Positions 12,133 to 23,130 of a stretch of 64,000 bases of DNA are shown piece after piece (position 1 is the stretch's first letter; every line of letters starts with the position of its first letter). The notes below the pieces were generated by a model that saw nothing but the letters and a program-made list of their open reading frames with translations, did not search any database and was not told the origin of the DNA. Position numbers and translations under genes: made by a program. The DNA is from Mobula hypostoma (Eukaryota), in NCBI RefSeq assembly GCF_963921235.1, contig NC_086108.1, forward strand, positions 33,420,001-33,484,000, read 5' to 3'.

Positions 12133-13414
12133 ACCTAATCAGTTCCCCTCTACCACCACTCTGCTCCGTCTAGCAGAATTAGTCCTTACTCTTAATAATT
12201 TCTCCTTTTGCTCCTCCCATTTCCTCCAAACTAAAGGTGTAGCTATGGGCACCCGTATGGGTCCTAGCTATGCCTGCCTTTTTGTTGGGTTTGTGGAACA
12301 ATCTATGTTCCGTGCCTATTCTGGTATCTGTCCCCCACTTTTCCTTCGCTACATCGACGACTGCATTGGCGCTGCTTCCTGCACGCATGCAGAACTCGTT
12401 GACTTTATTAACTTTGCCTCCAACTTTCACCTTGCCCTCAAGTTTACCTGGTCCATTTCCGACACCTCCCTCCTCTTTCTAGATCTTTCTGTCTCTGTCT
12501 CTGGAGACAGCTTATCCACTGATGTCTACTATAAGCCTACTGACTCTCACAGCTATCTGGACTATTCCTCTTCTCACCCTGTCTCTTGCAAAAACGCCAT
12601 CCCCTTCTCGCAATTCCTCCGTCTCCGCCGCATCTGCTCTCAGGATGAGGCTTTTCATTCTAGGACGAGGGAGATGTCTTCATTTTTTAAAGAAAGGGGC
12701 TTCCCTTCCTCCACTATCAACTCTGCTCTTAAACGCATCTCCTCCATTTCACGTACATCTGCTCTCACTCCATCCTCCCACCACCCCACTAGGAATAGGG
12801 TTCCCCTGGTCCTCACCTACCACCCCACCAGCCTCCGGGTCCAACATATTATTCTCCGTAACTTCCGCCACCTCCAACGGGATCCCACCACTAAGCATAT
12901 CTTTCCCTCCCCCCCCTCTGCATTCCGCAGGGATCGCTCCCTACACAACTCCCTTGTCCATTCGTCCCCCCCATCCCTCCCCACTGAACTCCCTCCTGGC
13001 ACTTATCCGTGTAAGCGGAACAAGTGCTACACATGCCCTTACACTTCCTCCCTTACCACCATTCAGGGCCCCAAACAGTCCTTCCAGGTGAGGCATCACT
13101 TCACCTGTGAGTCGACTGGGGTGATATACTGCGTCCGGTGCTCCCGATGTGGCCTTTTATATATTGGTGAGACCCGACGCAGACTGGGAGACCGCTTTGC
13201 TGAACATCTACGCTCTGTCTGCCAGAGAAAGCAGGATCTCCCAGTGGCCACACATTTTAATTCCACATCCCATTCCCATTCTGACATGTCTATCCACGGC
13301 CTCCTCTACTGTAAAGATGAAGCCACACTCAGGTTGGAGGAACAACACCTTATATTCCGTATGGGTAGCCTCCAACCTGATGGCATGAACATTGACTTCT
13401 CTAACTTCCGCTAG
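12133..13414 (+). CDS. PLE RT C-terminal half plus GIY-YIG endonuclease (5'-truncated, uninterrupted frame)
   Basis: ORF track 12083..13414. The first ~17 codons come from the host repeat; the remainder has no stops or frameshifts. Confidence 0.8.
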
Positions 13415-13706
13415 GCCCCACCTCCCCCTCGTACCCCATCTGTTACTCTTTTTTATGCACACATTCTTTCTCTCACTCTCCTTTTTCTCCCTCTGTCCCT
13501 CTGAATATACCTCTTGTCCATCCTCTGGGTCACCCCCCCCCCGTCTTTCTTCCCGGACCTCCTGTCCCATGATCCTCTCGTATCCCCTTCTGCCTATCAC
13601 CTGTCCAGCTCTCGGCTCCATCCCTCCCCCTCCTGTCTTCTCCTATCATTTTGCATCTCCCCCTCCCCCTCCAGCTTTCAAATCCCTTACTCACTCTTCC
13701 TTCAGT

Positions 13707-13744
13707 TAGTCCTGACGAAGGGTCTCGGCCTGAAACGTCGACTG
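13707..13744 (+). ncRNA. Minimal type I hammerhead ribozyme in the PLE pLTR
   Basis: Sequence TAGTC-CTGACGA-AGGGTCTCGGCCT-GAAA-CG-TC-GACTG. Stem I UAGUC/GACUG, core CUGACGA and GAAA, a stem II hairpin, palindromic ACGU in place of stem III, and a UC cleavage site (cut predicted after 13739). Confidence 0.8.
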
Positions 13745-14734
13745 CGCCTCTTCCTATAGATGCTGCCTGGCCTGCTGCGTTCACCAGCAACTTTGATGTG
13801 TGTTGCTTGAATTTCCAGCATCTGCAGAATTCCTGTTGTTTGTTATAATTATGTGCTTTTGTCAGTTTTAGTCTTGGTTTGTCCTGTGTTTCTTGTGATA
13901 TCATTCTGGAGGATCAAAGAGTTGTTTTTAAGTAAGTTGAAGTCCCAACCAATATTCTTCGGTCAGCTTCCTGTTGCAAACAAGAACCAGTCTTCAGTTC
14001 TTAATGTAAATTGTGAGCCATAATCAGTCTGAAGTTAAAAGGACAGATTTACAAACAAGCAGCACTGTGTGTAGAGCACAGGACTCTGACCCACAGCACA
14101 GGGCTGACTGCACAAGAGGTGCAGTGTAAGACAATGGGGTTGCATTAATTGAGCCTGAATCAAACTGGACAGCATTGGCTAAGTTACTTGGTTCAAGGCA
14201 ATTTGCAGACCTGACTTATATTATCACTTAGCACATCAAATAGCTGATCTGTCTTATAAACGATTTCCAAATTACAAACAGTGTCTAAACAGTGACTTTA
14301 GAGTTAAATATATTCTTGATAAGCAAGTGGATAGAAGATTGCAGCAGCTAGTTAGGAGTGTGGAGTTGAGCCACGGTGTTGTTGAATAGTGAAGCAGATT
14401 CAGGGGCTGAATTGGTTAGTCCTTTTCCTAGTTTTTAGGTTTGTAAGTTTGTACAATAATGAGAAACATTTTCAGAAACCTTTTACGGCAGATACTTGAG
14501 CAACACACATAATTCCTATTTAGCCAGAGGGCAGTGCAGTGGAGACCAAGTCAGTGCCTGTACTTAAGGCAAAAGTTCATCGTTTCCTGATCGGCTCAGG
14601 CATCAAAGGAGATGGCGAGAAGGCGGGTATATGTGGTTGAGTGGGATCTGCGATCAGCTATGATGGAATGGCAGAGCAGACTCGATGGGCTGAATGGCCT
14701 AATTCTGCTCCTATGTGTTATGGTCATATGATCT

Positions 14735-16410
14735 AAGACACTGATGGAACTCAGCAAGTCAGGCAGCATCTATGAAGGGAATAAAGAGTTGACATTTCAG
14801 GCTGAGACGAGAAAGGGGCAGAGCTTTAGAATTAGAAGGTGTGGGGGGAGGGAAAGAAATACAAGATGTCAGGAGATAGGTGAGACCAGGTGAGCAGGAA
14901 GGTGGATGGGGGAGGGGTGACGAAGTAGGAAGTTGGGAGTTGACAGGTGGAAGAGATAAAAGGCTGAAGAAGGAATCTGAGAGGAGAGGACAATGAAGTA
15001 TGGAAGAAAGGGAAGGAGGAAGGAAACCAGAGGGAAGTGAAGTGCAGGTGAGGAAAAGGGGTGAGAGGATAACCAGAATGGGGAACAGAAAAAGAGGGAA
15101 GGAGGAGTGGGGAGAAATTGCCAGAATTTAGAGAAATCGATGTTCAAGCCATCAAGTTGGAGGCTAACCAGATGGATTTGTTCAGCTAACCTGAGTTTAG
15201 CCAGTTTAGAGGATCAGTCGAAGAGCCCATGGACAGACATGTCAGAATGGGAATGGAAATTTGAATTGAAATGGATAGCCCCTGGGAGGTGCAGTGCAGA
15301 CAGAGCAAAGGTACTCAACAAAGCAGGCCTCAATCTACGTCAGGTCTTACTGATGTGGACAACACCTCACTGTGAGCTCTGGATACAACGGATGACACTG
15401 ACAGACTCACAGGTGAAGCATCACCTGTTTGGGGCCCTGATGATTGTGAGGTAGGGTGTAGCACTTGCCACAGTTTCAGGGTAAATAACAGGGGTGACAG
15501 CAGTGTGGAGGTATGAGTGGATAAGAGTGTCACATAGAGAGTGATCTCACTGCAAAGCTGGGGGTGGGGTGGTTTGAGGGAAAGATGTGCCTGCTGGCGG
15601 GATCCCTTTGGAATGTTGGAAATTTTGGAGAATGACATGTTGTGTATGGAGGGGACAAGGGGGTCTCATTTCAGAAGGTGGGGGATGTGGTGAGGGCAGA
15701 GGTGTTGGAAATGGAGGAGGCATGGGTGAGGGCTGCAATGTGTAAAAAGAGGACATCTTGGATGGTCTGGAATGGTAAGCCTCATCTTGGGAACAAATGC
15801 AATGGAGACAAAGGAACTGAGAAAAGGAATAGCATTTTTACAAGTGATAGGGTGAGAAGAGGCAGAGTCGGGATAACTGTGGGAGTCAGTAGGTTTGTAA
15901 ACTGTGTTGATAGATAATCTGTCTCCAGAGGGGAACACAGAGAATTATGAAAGGGAGAGGAGTGTCAAGAGATTGACCAAGTAAATTTGAGGTCAGGTTT
16001 GAAGGTTTGGGGTAAAATTGAAAAAATTGATGAGCCTGGCATGGGTAAAGGAAGCACCATCAATGTAGTCATTGACGTAGCAGAGGAAGAGTCAGGAGTG
16101 CTGCTGGTGTAGGCCTGAACCATGGGCCTTCCCACGTAGCCAGTGGAGAGGCATGTACAGCTGGGGCCCCATGCAAGTGTCCATGGCTGCAACAGTGGGT
16201 TTGGAGAGCGTGAGAGGACCTGAAAAAGACATTGTTGATGGTCATTTCCAGTTCTGCCAGGTGGAAGTGGGGGGCAGTGTAGGGTAGCCAGTTAGGTCTG
16301 TTGTCAAGAAAGAAGCGGACAGCCTTAAGACCTTCTTGATGGTGGATGGAAGTGTACAGAGACTGAACATCCATGTTGAAATAAGGTGGCCAGGGTCAGG
16401 GAATTGAAAA
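14735..16410 (-). mobile_element. Degraded Penelope-like element
   Basis: Minus-strand ORF fragments MDVQSLYTSI, LKFTWSIS, VYKPTDSHSY and KNAIPF are homologous to the 12133 element but frameshifted. The purine-rich 3' UTR and a broken hammerhead remnant lie near 14790. Confidence 0.85.
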
Positions 16411-16758
16411 CGGCCAGTGAAGGAGTGGAGCTTTGAGGCTTTGACTCAAGAGATTCTGGCAGTTTTGGCAGTTGGTCTGTGCAATCAAATCAATCAAGAT
16501 TTGAATAGCTCAGCAGAAAGCAGGAGATTATACAATCAAGATTTGAATAGCTCAGACTCAGCAGAAAGCAGATGATTGGGCAATCGAGGTCAGGTGACCA
16601 AGCAGTTTGAAAAGCTCAAACAGATAAATGGAGGGGTAGCTCAAGCGGAGCGGCCTGTGGAAAGCGGCCAGTGAGTGAGTGGGCCAGTGAAGGAGTGGAG
16701 TTTTGAGGCTTTGACGGGAAGAGGCAAAGGACGAACTTGTTCCCAATTAGTCTTTACA

Positions 16759-17700
16759 ATGCTTCCTGAGACGGTGATGTGCCTCTCATGTGAGATGTGG
16801 CAGTCTTGGGGAAACGCCCCTCTCCTGCAGAGTCACATCTGCCAGAAGTGCATACGGCTGGGCGATCTGGAAGACCATGTAATGAATCTGGAGCAGCAGC
16901 TGGATGACCTTCGACTCATAAGGGAGAATGAGGCAGTCATAGATGAGAGCTACAGGGAGGTAGTCACACCTAGGCTGTCGGAAGCAGGTCGTTGGGTGAC
17001 AGTCAGAGGGGGGAAAGCGAAGGTGAGCAGACAGATAGTGCAGAGCACCCCTGTAGCCATTCCCCTGAATAATAAGTTTACTGTCCTGGATACTGTTGGC
17101 GGGGACGACTGACCAGGTGTGAGCCACGGTCTCAGGGCCTCCGGCACTGAGTCTGACCTGGTGATGCAGAAGGGTGGGACGGAGAAGAAGAGTGCTGTTG
17201 TCATTGGAGACTCTGTAGTCAGGGGAGCAGACAGGAGATTTTGTGGACATGAGAAGGACACCTGCATGGTTTGTTGCCTCCCGGGTGCCAGGGTCCAGGA
17301 AGTCTCTGACCGGATGCACGACATCCTGGTACGAGAGGGAAAGCAACCAGAAGTCGTGATACATGTTGGCACCGACGACATAGGCAGGAAGAGGGATGAG
17401 GTCCTGAAGTGTGAGTTTCGGGAACTAGGCAGAAGGCTGAAGAACAGGGCCTCAAGGGTGGCGTTCTCAGGATTGCTGCCAGTGCTACGTGATAGTGATG
17501 GTAAGAATTGGAGGAGTTGGCAGTAGAATGCGTGGCTGAGGAGTTGGTGCAGGGAGCAGGGTTTTAGATTTTTGGATCATTGGGATCTCTTCTGGGAAAG
17601 GGGGGACCTGTACAGATTGGATGTCTTGCACCTGAACTCAAGGAGGAGCAATATCCTTGCAGGTAGGTTTGCTAGCATGGTTCGGGAAGGTTTAAACTAA
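16759..17700 (+). pseudogene. CR1 ORF1 (CxxC...CxxC zinc finger, leucine zipper, SGNH esterase) with two in-frame stops
   Basis: CLSC...CQKC, a heptad-leucine segment LEDHVMNLEQQLDDL, VIGDSVVRG, HVGTDDIG and DVLHLN all lie in one frame. Premature stops at 17110 and 17524; terminal TAA at 17698-17700. Confidence 0.85.
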
Positions 17701-17829
17701 TTTGCAAGAGGGATGGGACCCGGAGCGATAGATCAGTGAAAGAAGTGCATGGTGTAAAGCCAGATCTAACATATATAGAGGCTTTGAGGAAAGAGAAGCA
17801 GAATAAACGGTGTAAAGGTAGTAAGGTAG

Positions 17830-20600
17830 AAGGGCTGAAGTGTGTGTACCTCAATGCAAGAAGCATCAGGAACAAAGGTGATGAACTGAGAGCTTGGATA
17901 CATACATGGAATTATGATGTAGTGGACATTACAGAGACTTGGCTGGCACCAGGGCAGGAATGGATTCTCAATATTCCTGGATTTCAGTGCTTTAAAAGGG
18001 ATGGGGGGGGAGGGGAAGAGGGGTGGCATTACTGGTCAGGGATACTATTACAGCTACAGAAAGGGTGGGTAATGAAGCCGGATCCTCCTTTGAGTCAGTA
18101 TGGGTGGAAGTCAGGAACAGGAAGGGAGCAGTTATTCTATTGGGAGTATTCTATCGGCCCCCTGGTAGCAGCAGAGATACCAAGGAGCAGATTGGGAGGC
18201 AGATTTTGGAAAGGTGCAAAAATAACAGGGTTGTTATCATGGGTGACTTTAACTTCCCTAGTATTGATTGGCACCTGATTAGTTCCAAGAGTTTAGACAG
18301 GGCAGAGTTTTTTAAGTGTGTCCAGGACGGATTCCTGTCACAGTATGTTGACAGGCCGACTAGGGGGAATGCCATACTAGATCTAGTATTCGGTAATGAA
18401 CCTGGTCAGGTCACAAATCTCTCAGTGGGTGAACATCTGGGGGACAGTGACCACTGCCCCCTGGCCTTTAGCATTATCATGGAAAAGGATAGAATAAGAG
18501 AGGGCAGAAACATTTTTAATTGGGGAAGGGCAAATTATGAGGTTATAAGGCTAGAACTTGTGGGTGTGAATTGGAATGGTGTTTTTGCAGGGAAATGTAC
18601 TATGGACATGTGGTCGATGTTTATAGATTTCTTGCAGGATGTTAGGGATAAATTTGTCCCGGTGAGGAAGATAAAGAATGGTAGGGTGAAGGAACCATGG
18701 GTGACAAGTGAGGTGGAAAATCTAGTCAGGTGGAAGAAGGCAGCATACATGAGGTTTAGGAAGCAAAGATCAGATGTGTCTATTGAGGAATATAGGGTAG
18801 CAAGAAAGGAGCTTAAGAAGGGGCTGAGAAGAGCAAGAAGGGGGCATGAGAAGGCCTTGGCAAGTAGGGTAAAGGAAAACCCCAAGGCATTCTTCAGTTA
18901 TGTGAAGAACAAAAGGGTGACAAGAGTGAAGGTAGGACCAATTAGAGATAAAGGTGGGAAGATGTGCCTGGAGGCTGTGGAAGTGAGCGAGGTCCTCAAT
19001 GAATACTTCTCTTCAGTATTCACCAATGAGAGGGAACTTGATGACGGTGAGGATGATATGAGTGAGGTTGGTGTTCTGGAGCATGTTGATATTAAGGGAG
19101 AGGAGGTGTTGGAGTTATTAAAATACATTAGGACGGATAAGTCCCCGGGACTGGACGGAATATGCCTCAGGCTGCTACACGAGGCGAGGGAAGAGATTGC
19201 TGAGCCTCTGGCTAGGATCTTTATGTCCTCGTTGTCTAAGGGAATGGTACTGGAGGATTGGAGGGAGGCGAATGTTGTCTCCTTTTTCAAAAAAGGTAGT
19301 AGGGATAGTCCGAGTAATTATAGACCAGTGAGCCTTGCATCTGTGGTGGGAAAGCTGTTGGAAAAGATTCTTAGAGATAGGATCTATGGGCATTTAGAGA
19401 ATTATGGTCTGATCAGGGACAGTGAGCATGGCTTTGTGAAGGACAGATCATGTCTAACAAGCCTGGTAGAGTTCTTTGAGGAGGTGACCAGGCATATAGA
19501 TGAGGGTAGTGCAGTGGATGTGATCTATATGGATTTTAGTAAGGCATTTGACAAGGTTCCACATGGTAGGCTTATTCAGAAAGTTAGAAGGCATGGGATC
19601 CAGAAATGTTTGGACAGGCGGATTCAGAATTGGCTTGCCTGCAGAAGGCAGAGGGTGGTGGTGGAGGGAGTACATTCAAATTGGAGGATTGTGACTAGTG
19701 GTGTCCCACAAGGATCTGTTCTGGGACCTCTACTTTTCGTGATTTTTATTAACGACCTGGATGTGGGGGTAGAAGAGTGGGTTGGCAAGTTTGCAGACGA
19801 CACAAAGGTTAGTGGTGTTGTGGATAGTGTAGAGGATTGTCAAAGATTGCAGGGAGACATTGATAGGTTGCAGAAGTGGGCTGAGAAGTGGCATATTGAG
19901 TTCAACCCGGAGAAGTATGAGGTGGTACACTTTGGAAAGACAAACTCCAAGGCAGAGTACAAAGTAAATGGCAGGATACTTGGTAGTGTGGAGGAGCAGA
20001 GGGATCTGGGGGGTACATGTCCACAGATCCCTGAAAGTTGCCTCACAGGTGGATAGGGTAGTTAAGAAAGCTTATGGGGTGTTAGCTTTCATAAGTTGAG
20101 GGATAGAGTTTAGGAGTCACGAGGTAATGATGCAGCTCTATAAAACTCTGGTTAGGCCACACTTGGAGTACTGTGTCCAGTTCTGGTTGCCTCACTATAG
20201 GAAGGATGTTGAAGCATTGGAAAGGGTATGGAGGAGATTTACCAGGATGCTGCTTGGTTTAGAGAGTATGGATTATGATTAGAGATTAAGGGAGCTAGGG
20301 CTTTACTCTTTGGAGAGAAGGAGGATGAGAGGAGACATGATAGAGGTGTACAAGATAATAAGAGGAATAGACAGAGTGGATAGCCAGCGCCTCTTCCCCA
20401 GGGCACCACTGCTCAATACAAGAGAACATGGCTTTAAGGTAAGGGGTGGGAAGTTCAAGGGGGATACTAGAGGAAAGTTTTTAACTCAGAGTGGTTGGTG
20501 CATGGAATGCACTGCCTGAGTCAGTGGAGGAGGCAGATACACTAGTGAAGTTTAAGAGACTACTAGACAGGTATATGGAGGAATTTAAGGTGGGAGGTTA
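17830..20600 (+). pseudogene. CR1 ORF2 (apurinic endonuclease + reverse transcriptase), disrupted
   Basis: Motifs YLNARSIRNK, ITETWL, GVFYRPP, GDFNFP, SDH, NYRPVSL, DFSKAFDKVPH, GVPQGSVLGP and KFADD. Frameshifts in G runs near 18005 and 20010; stops at 20097 and 20280. Confidence 0.92.
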
Positions 20601-20706
20601 TATGGGTTTGAGGGTCGGCACAACAATGTGGGCCAAAGTGCCTGTACTGTGCAGGACTGTTCTACGTTCGATGTTCTATGTTAAATACCTGAAATATTTG
20701 ACAGAT

Positions 20707-21040
20707 GGCAACACAGGTAGTACAGCCAAAGCTTCACAGCTCCAGGGATTCAAGTTCAATCCCGACCTCCAGTGCAGACTGTCAGGGGTTTGCACATTTT
20801 CCTTGTATCCATTTGAGTATCCTAAAGATGTTCTAGTTTCTTCCCTCATTCAACGATGCAGATGAATAGGATAATTGTCCTCTGTAAATTGTCCCTAATT
20901 CATTGGAGAGTTATTGAACATGGGCAAAGTTGATTGGGAATATGAGGAGAATTTAAAAATGAGATCCCTGTAAGGTTAGTGTAAGTGGATATTTGATGAT
21001 GATATGGCCTCAGTTGGCTGAAGTGCCTGTGTGAGTGCTG
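20707..21040 (+). mobile_element. Degraded HE1/V-SINE-like SINE
   Basis: CTTCACAGCTCCAGGGA..GTTCAATCCCGACCTC..GTTTGCACATTTTCC..TGTAAATTGTCCCTA. Confidence 0.6.
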
Positions 21041-21929
21041 TAAGACGATTGATTACAACAAAAAAAATTACCAAATAGCGCGGCCTGTTTAGACTAGCCA
21101 AAGCACTGAGAGAACGTTTGAGACTTCGATGTTAAGCTGTCTGTGTATAGAAACCAAGAAATATCTGCATTTTTGCAGTGTAATGATGGTGATACAATAC
21201 TTCTATTGAAAACTAACCAGTCTGAAACATTAACCCTGTTTCCCTCTCCATGGATGCTGCCTGACCTTCTGAGTATTTTCAACATTATCGATTTTTATTG
21301 CAGATTTTTAGCTTCTGTAATTTTTAAAAACTTTATATTAGGAACTTTTCATTAAATCTATAAAATGAAATCAGAGATATAAAAATTCATGTTTAGGTCA
21401 TGGAGAAAGGGCGGGGAGTAAGAGTGATTGAAAACTAAGTAGTCTTTTCAAAGAGTTTGTTAAAGGACAATTGGCTTTTGTTTTGATAGTTCTCTGTCAA
21501 AAGGGCAAAAAAAGAAATGGATGAGTGAAATCTGAAACTTAAAAAGGAAGGGCTGGGTGCAGTCAGCAAATTGGGGAAGACTCTGGAAAGAGTGAGGTAA
21601 CTTTGAACTTTCAGGTTGTTGACTTTTCAACGGAACTATGCATGTCATTATCCTAGGGCAAGAATTAAGAAAAAGAATCCCACATAAATCACTATAAAAA
21701 GTTGAGAAAAGAAATACTTAATTGACAAGATAAATCATTTGAATTGAGAGGTGATGATATGTGTTTAGTGGTAGAGAGGTTGTAAGAAGCTGTGTTCAAG
21801 TCAATGTCTATTGGCCAGAGTGCCTGCTAGGAATGTTTCCAGATGATACGTTTGTGTTCACCCTTATCACCAAAGGCACTGGCTCTTTAAAGTACATGAA
21901 GTACAACTCCATGAAAAATCCCTTGCTGT

Positions 21930-22480
21930 GTTAATAGCAGAACTCTTGGCATTCATGCTGCTGATCATAGCTATTGAGCTATTGAAAAACCTAACAAGTT
22001 TCTGCAGACATGCAGTGGAGAGCATTCTGAATGATTGCGTCACCGCCTGGCACAGAGGTTCTAATGCACAGAATAAAAAAAAAGCTGCTGAGGGCTGTAG
22101 GCTCAGCCAGCTCCATTATGGGTATTCGCCTGCCACCCATTAAGGACATCTTCTAAAGCTGGCGCCTTAAGAAAGTAGCATCCATCACTGGGCACCCTCA
22201 CCACCCAGGGCATGCTCTTTTCTCATTACCAGCATCAAGGGGGAGGTACAGGAGCCTGAAGACGTGCACTCAAAGTTTCAGGAACAATTTATTCCACCTC
22301 TGCCGTCAAATTTCTGATAGTTTCATGAACAGTACCTCATGATTTTGCTCACTTTTTGCACTATTTATACATTTTCATGTATTTCTTATTGTAACATAAT
22401 AATTTTAATGCATCGTACTGTACATCTACCACAAAGCAACAAGTCTCACAGAGATAATAAACCTTATTCTAATTCTGTTC
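21930..22480 (+). mobile_element. Rex1/Babar-like LINE 3' fragment
   Basis: LTSFCRHAVESILNDCVTAWH resembles the Rex1 RT C-terminus (NFYRCTIESILTGCITAWY). Followed by GGGAGGTACAGGAGCCTGAAGAC and an AATAAACC-TATTCT tail. Confidence 0.65.
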
Positions 22481-22682
22481 TGAATTGTACATTTTCTCAC
22501 GATCTTACTGGGACTAACCTGGAATTCAGAAAAAACACAGGAGACAAATGGATTAGATATAATAACCCTGTGATTCTGAACAATTCCTAGTAACAGCTTT
22601 TCTCCATATGAACAATTCCAACCTCCATCTGAACAACAGTGACCGCAGGAAAACTGCCCTTTCTCTCACATTTAGTCAGAGA

Positions 22683-23130
22683 TGGCACAGTGGCACAGCA
22701 GGTAGAGTTTCCGCTTCATAGACAGAATCAGTGACTTGGCTTCAGTCCTGACCTCTGTAGTTGTCCGCATGGAGCTCACACACTTGTCCTGTGGCCACAT
22801 GGTTTTACCCTAGGTGCTCCGGAGAATTGCGGAATTATGTTCTGTCATTATTGCCAGCGAACTGAAACAGGAAAGTGTCCAAGATTTAGACTGTGCCAAG
22901 TCACGAACAGAAGAGCTTCAAATTCCCCCCACATCTGCAAGATGTGTGAGTTACAAGGTTAATTAGCCACAGTAAATTGTCCCTAATGTGCTGGTGACTG
23001 GCAGATCCTGGGAGGAGTGGAGGGGAGTTAAAGAAGAATAAAACAGCATTAGTGTTGACTAGTGTAAGGGGTGCTTGATGGTCGAGGTTGAGTCTGTGGG
23101 CTGAAGGGGCTGTTTCCTTGGTGTATGACT
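22683..23130 (+). mobile_element. tRNA-derived HE1/V-SINE-like SINE with an internal ~100 bp insertion
   Basis: GGCACAGTGGCACAGCAGGTAGAG head, TCCTGACCTC, V-domain-like GGAGCTCACACACTTGTCCTGTGGCCACATGGTTTT...GGTGCTCCGG, GTAAATTGTCCCTA, and a CR1-like 3' end. Confidence 0.7.

Larger units (their letters stand above)
12133..13842 (+). mobile_element. Penelope-like retroelement (probably Neptune-type), 5'-truncated, with 3' UTR/pLTR
   Basis: Open frame to 13414 with PLE RT motifs (QTKGVAMGTRMGPSYA, FLRYIDD), a Cys-rich linker (CKRNKCYTC) and a GIY-YIG endonuclease (GVIYCVRCSRCGLLYIGETRRRLGDRFAEH). Pyrimidine-rich 3' UTR; flanked by duplicated TATAATTATGT. Confidence 0.93.
11608..13912 (+). mobile_element. 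Family A repeat, split by the Penelope insertion (11608-12122 and 13843-13912)
   Basis: Reverse complement of the 5806-6297 unit. Sequence continues across the PLE (…actatatgtt[..]ataattatgtgcttttgtcagtttt…). Confidence 0.85.
16410..20682 (+). mobile_element. Near full-length CR1 LINE (ORF1 zinc finger/zipper/esterase; ORF2 APE-RT), inactivated
   Basis: 5' UTR with internal repeats, ORF1 and ORF2 motifs (see next two entries), and a 3' tail of TTCTATG-like repeats at about 20660-20682. Confidence 0.95.
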
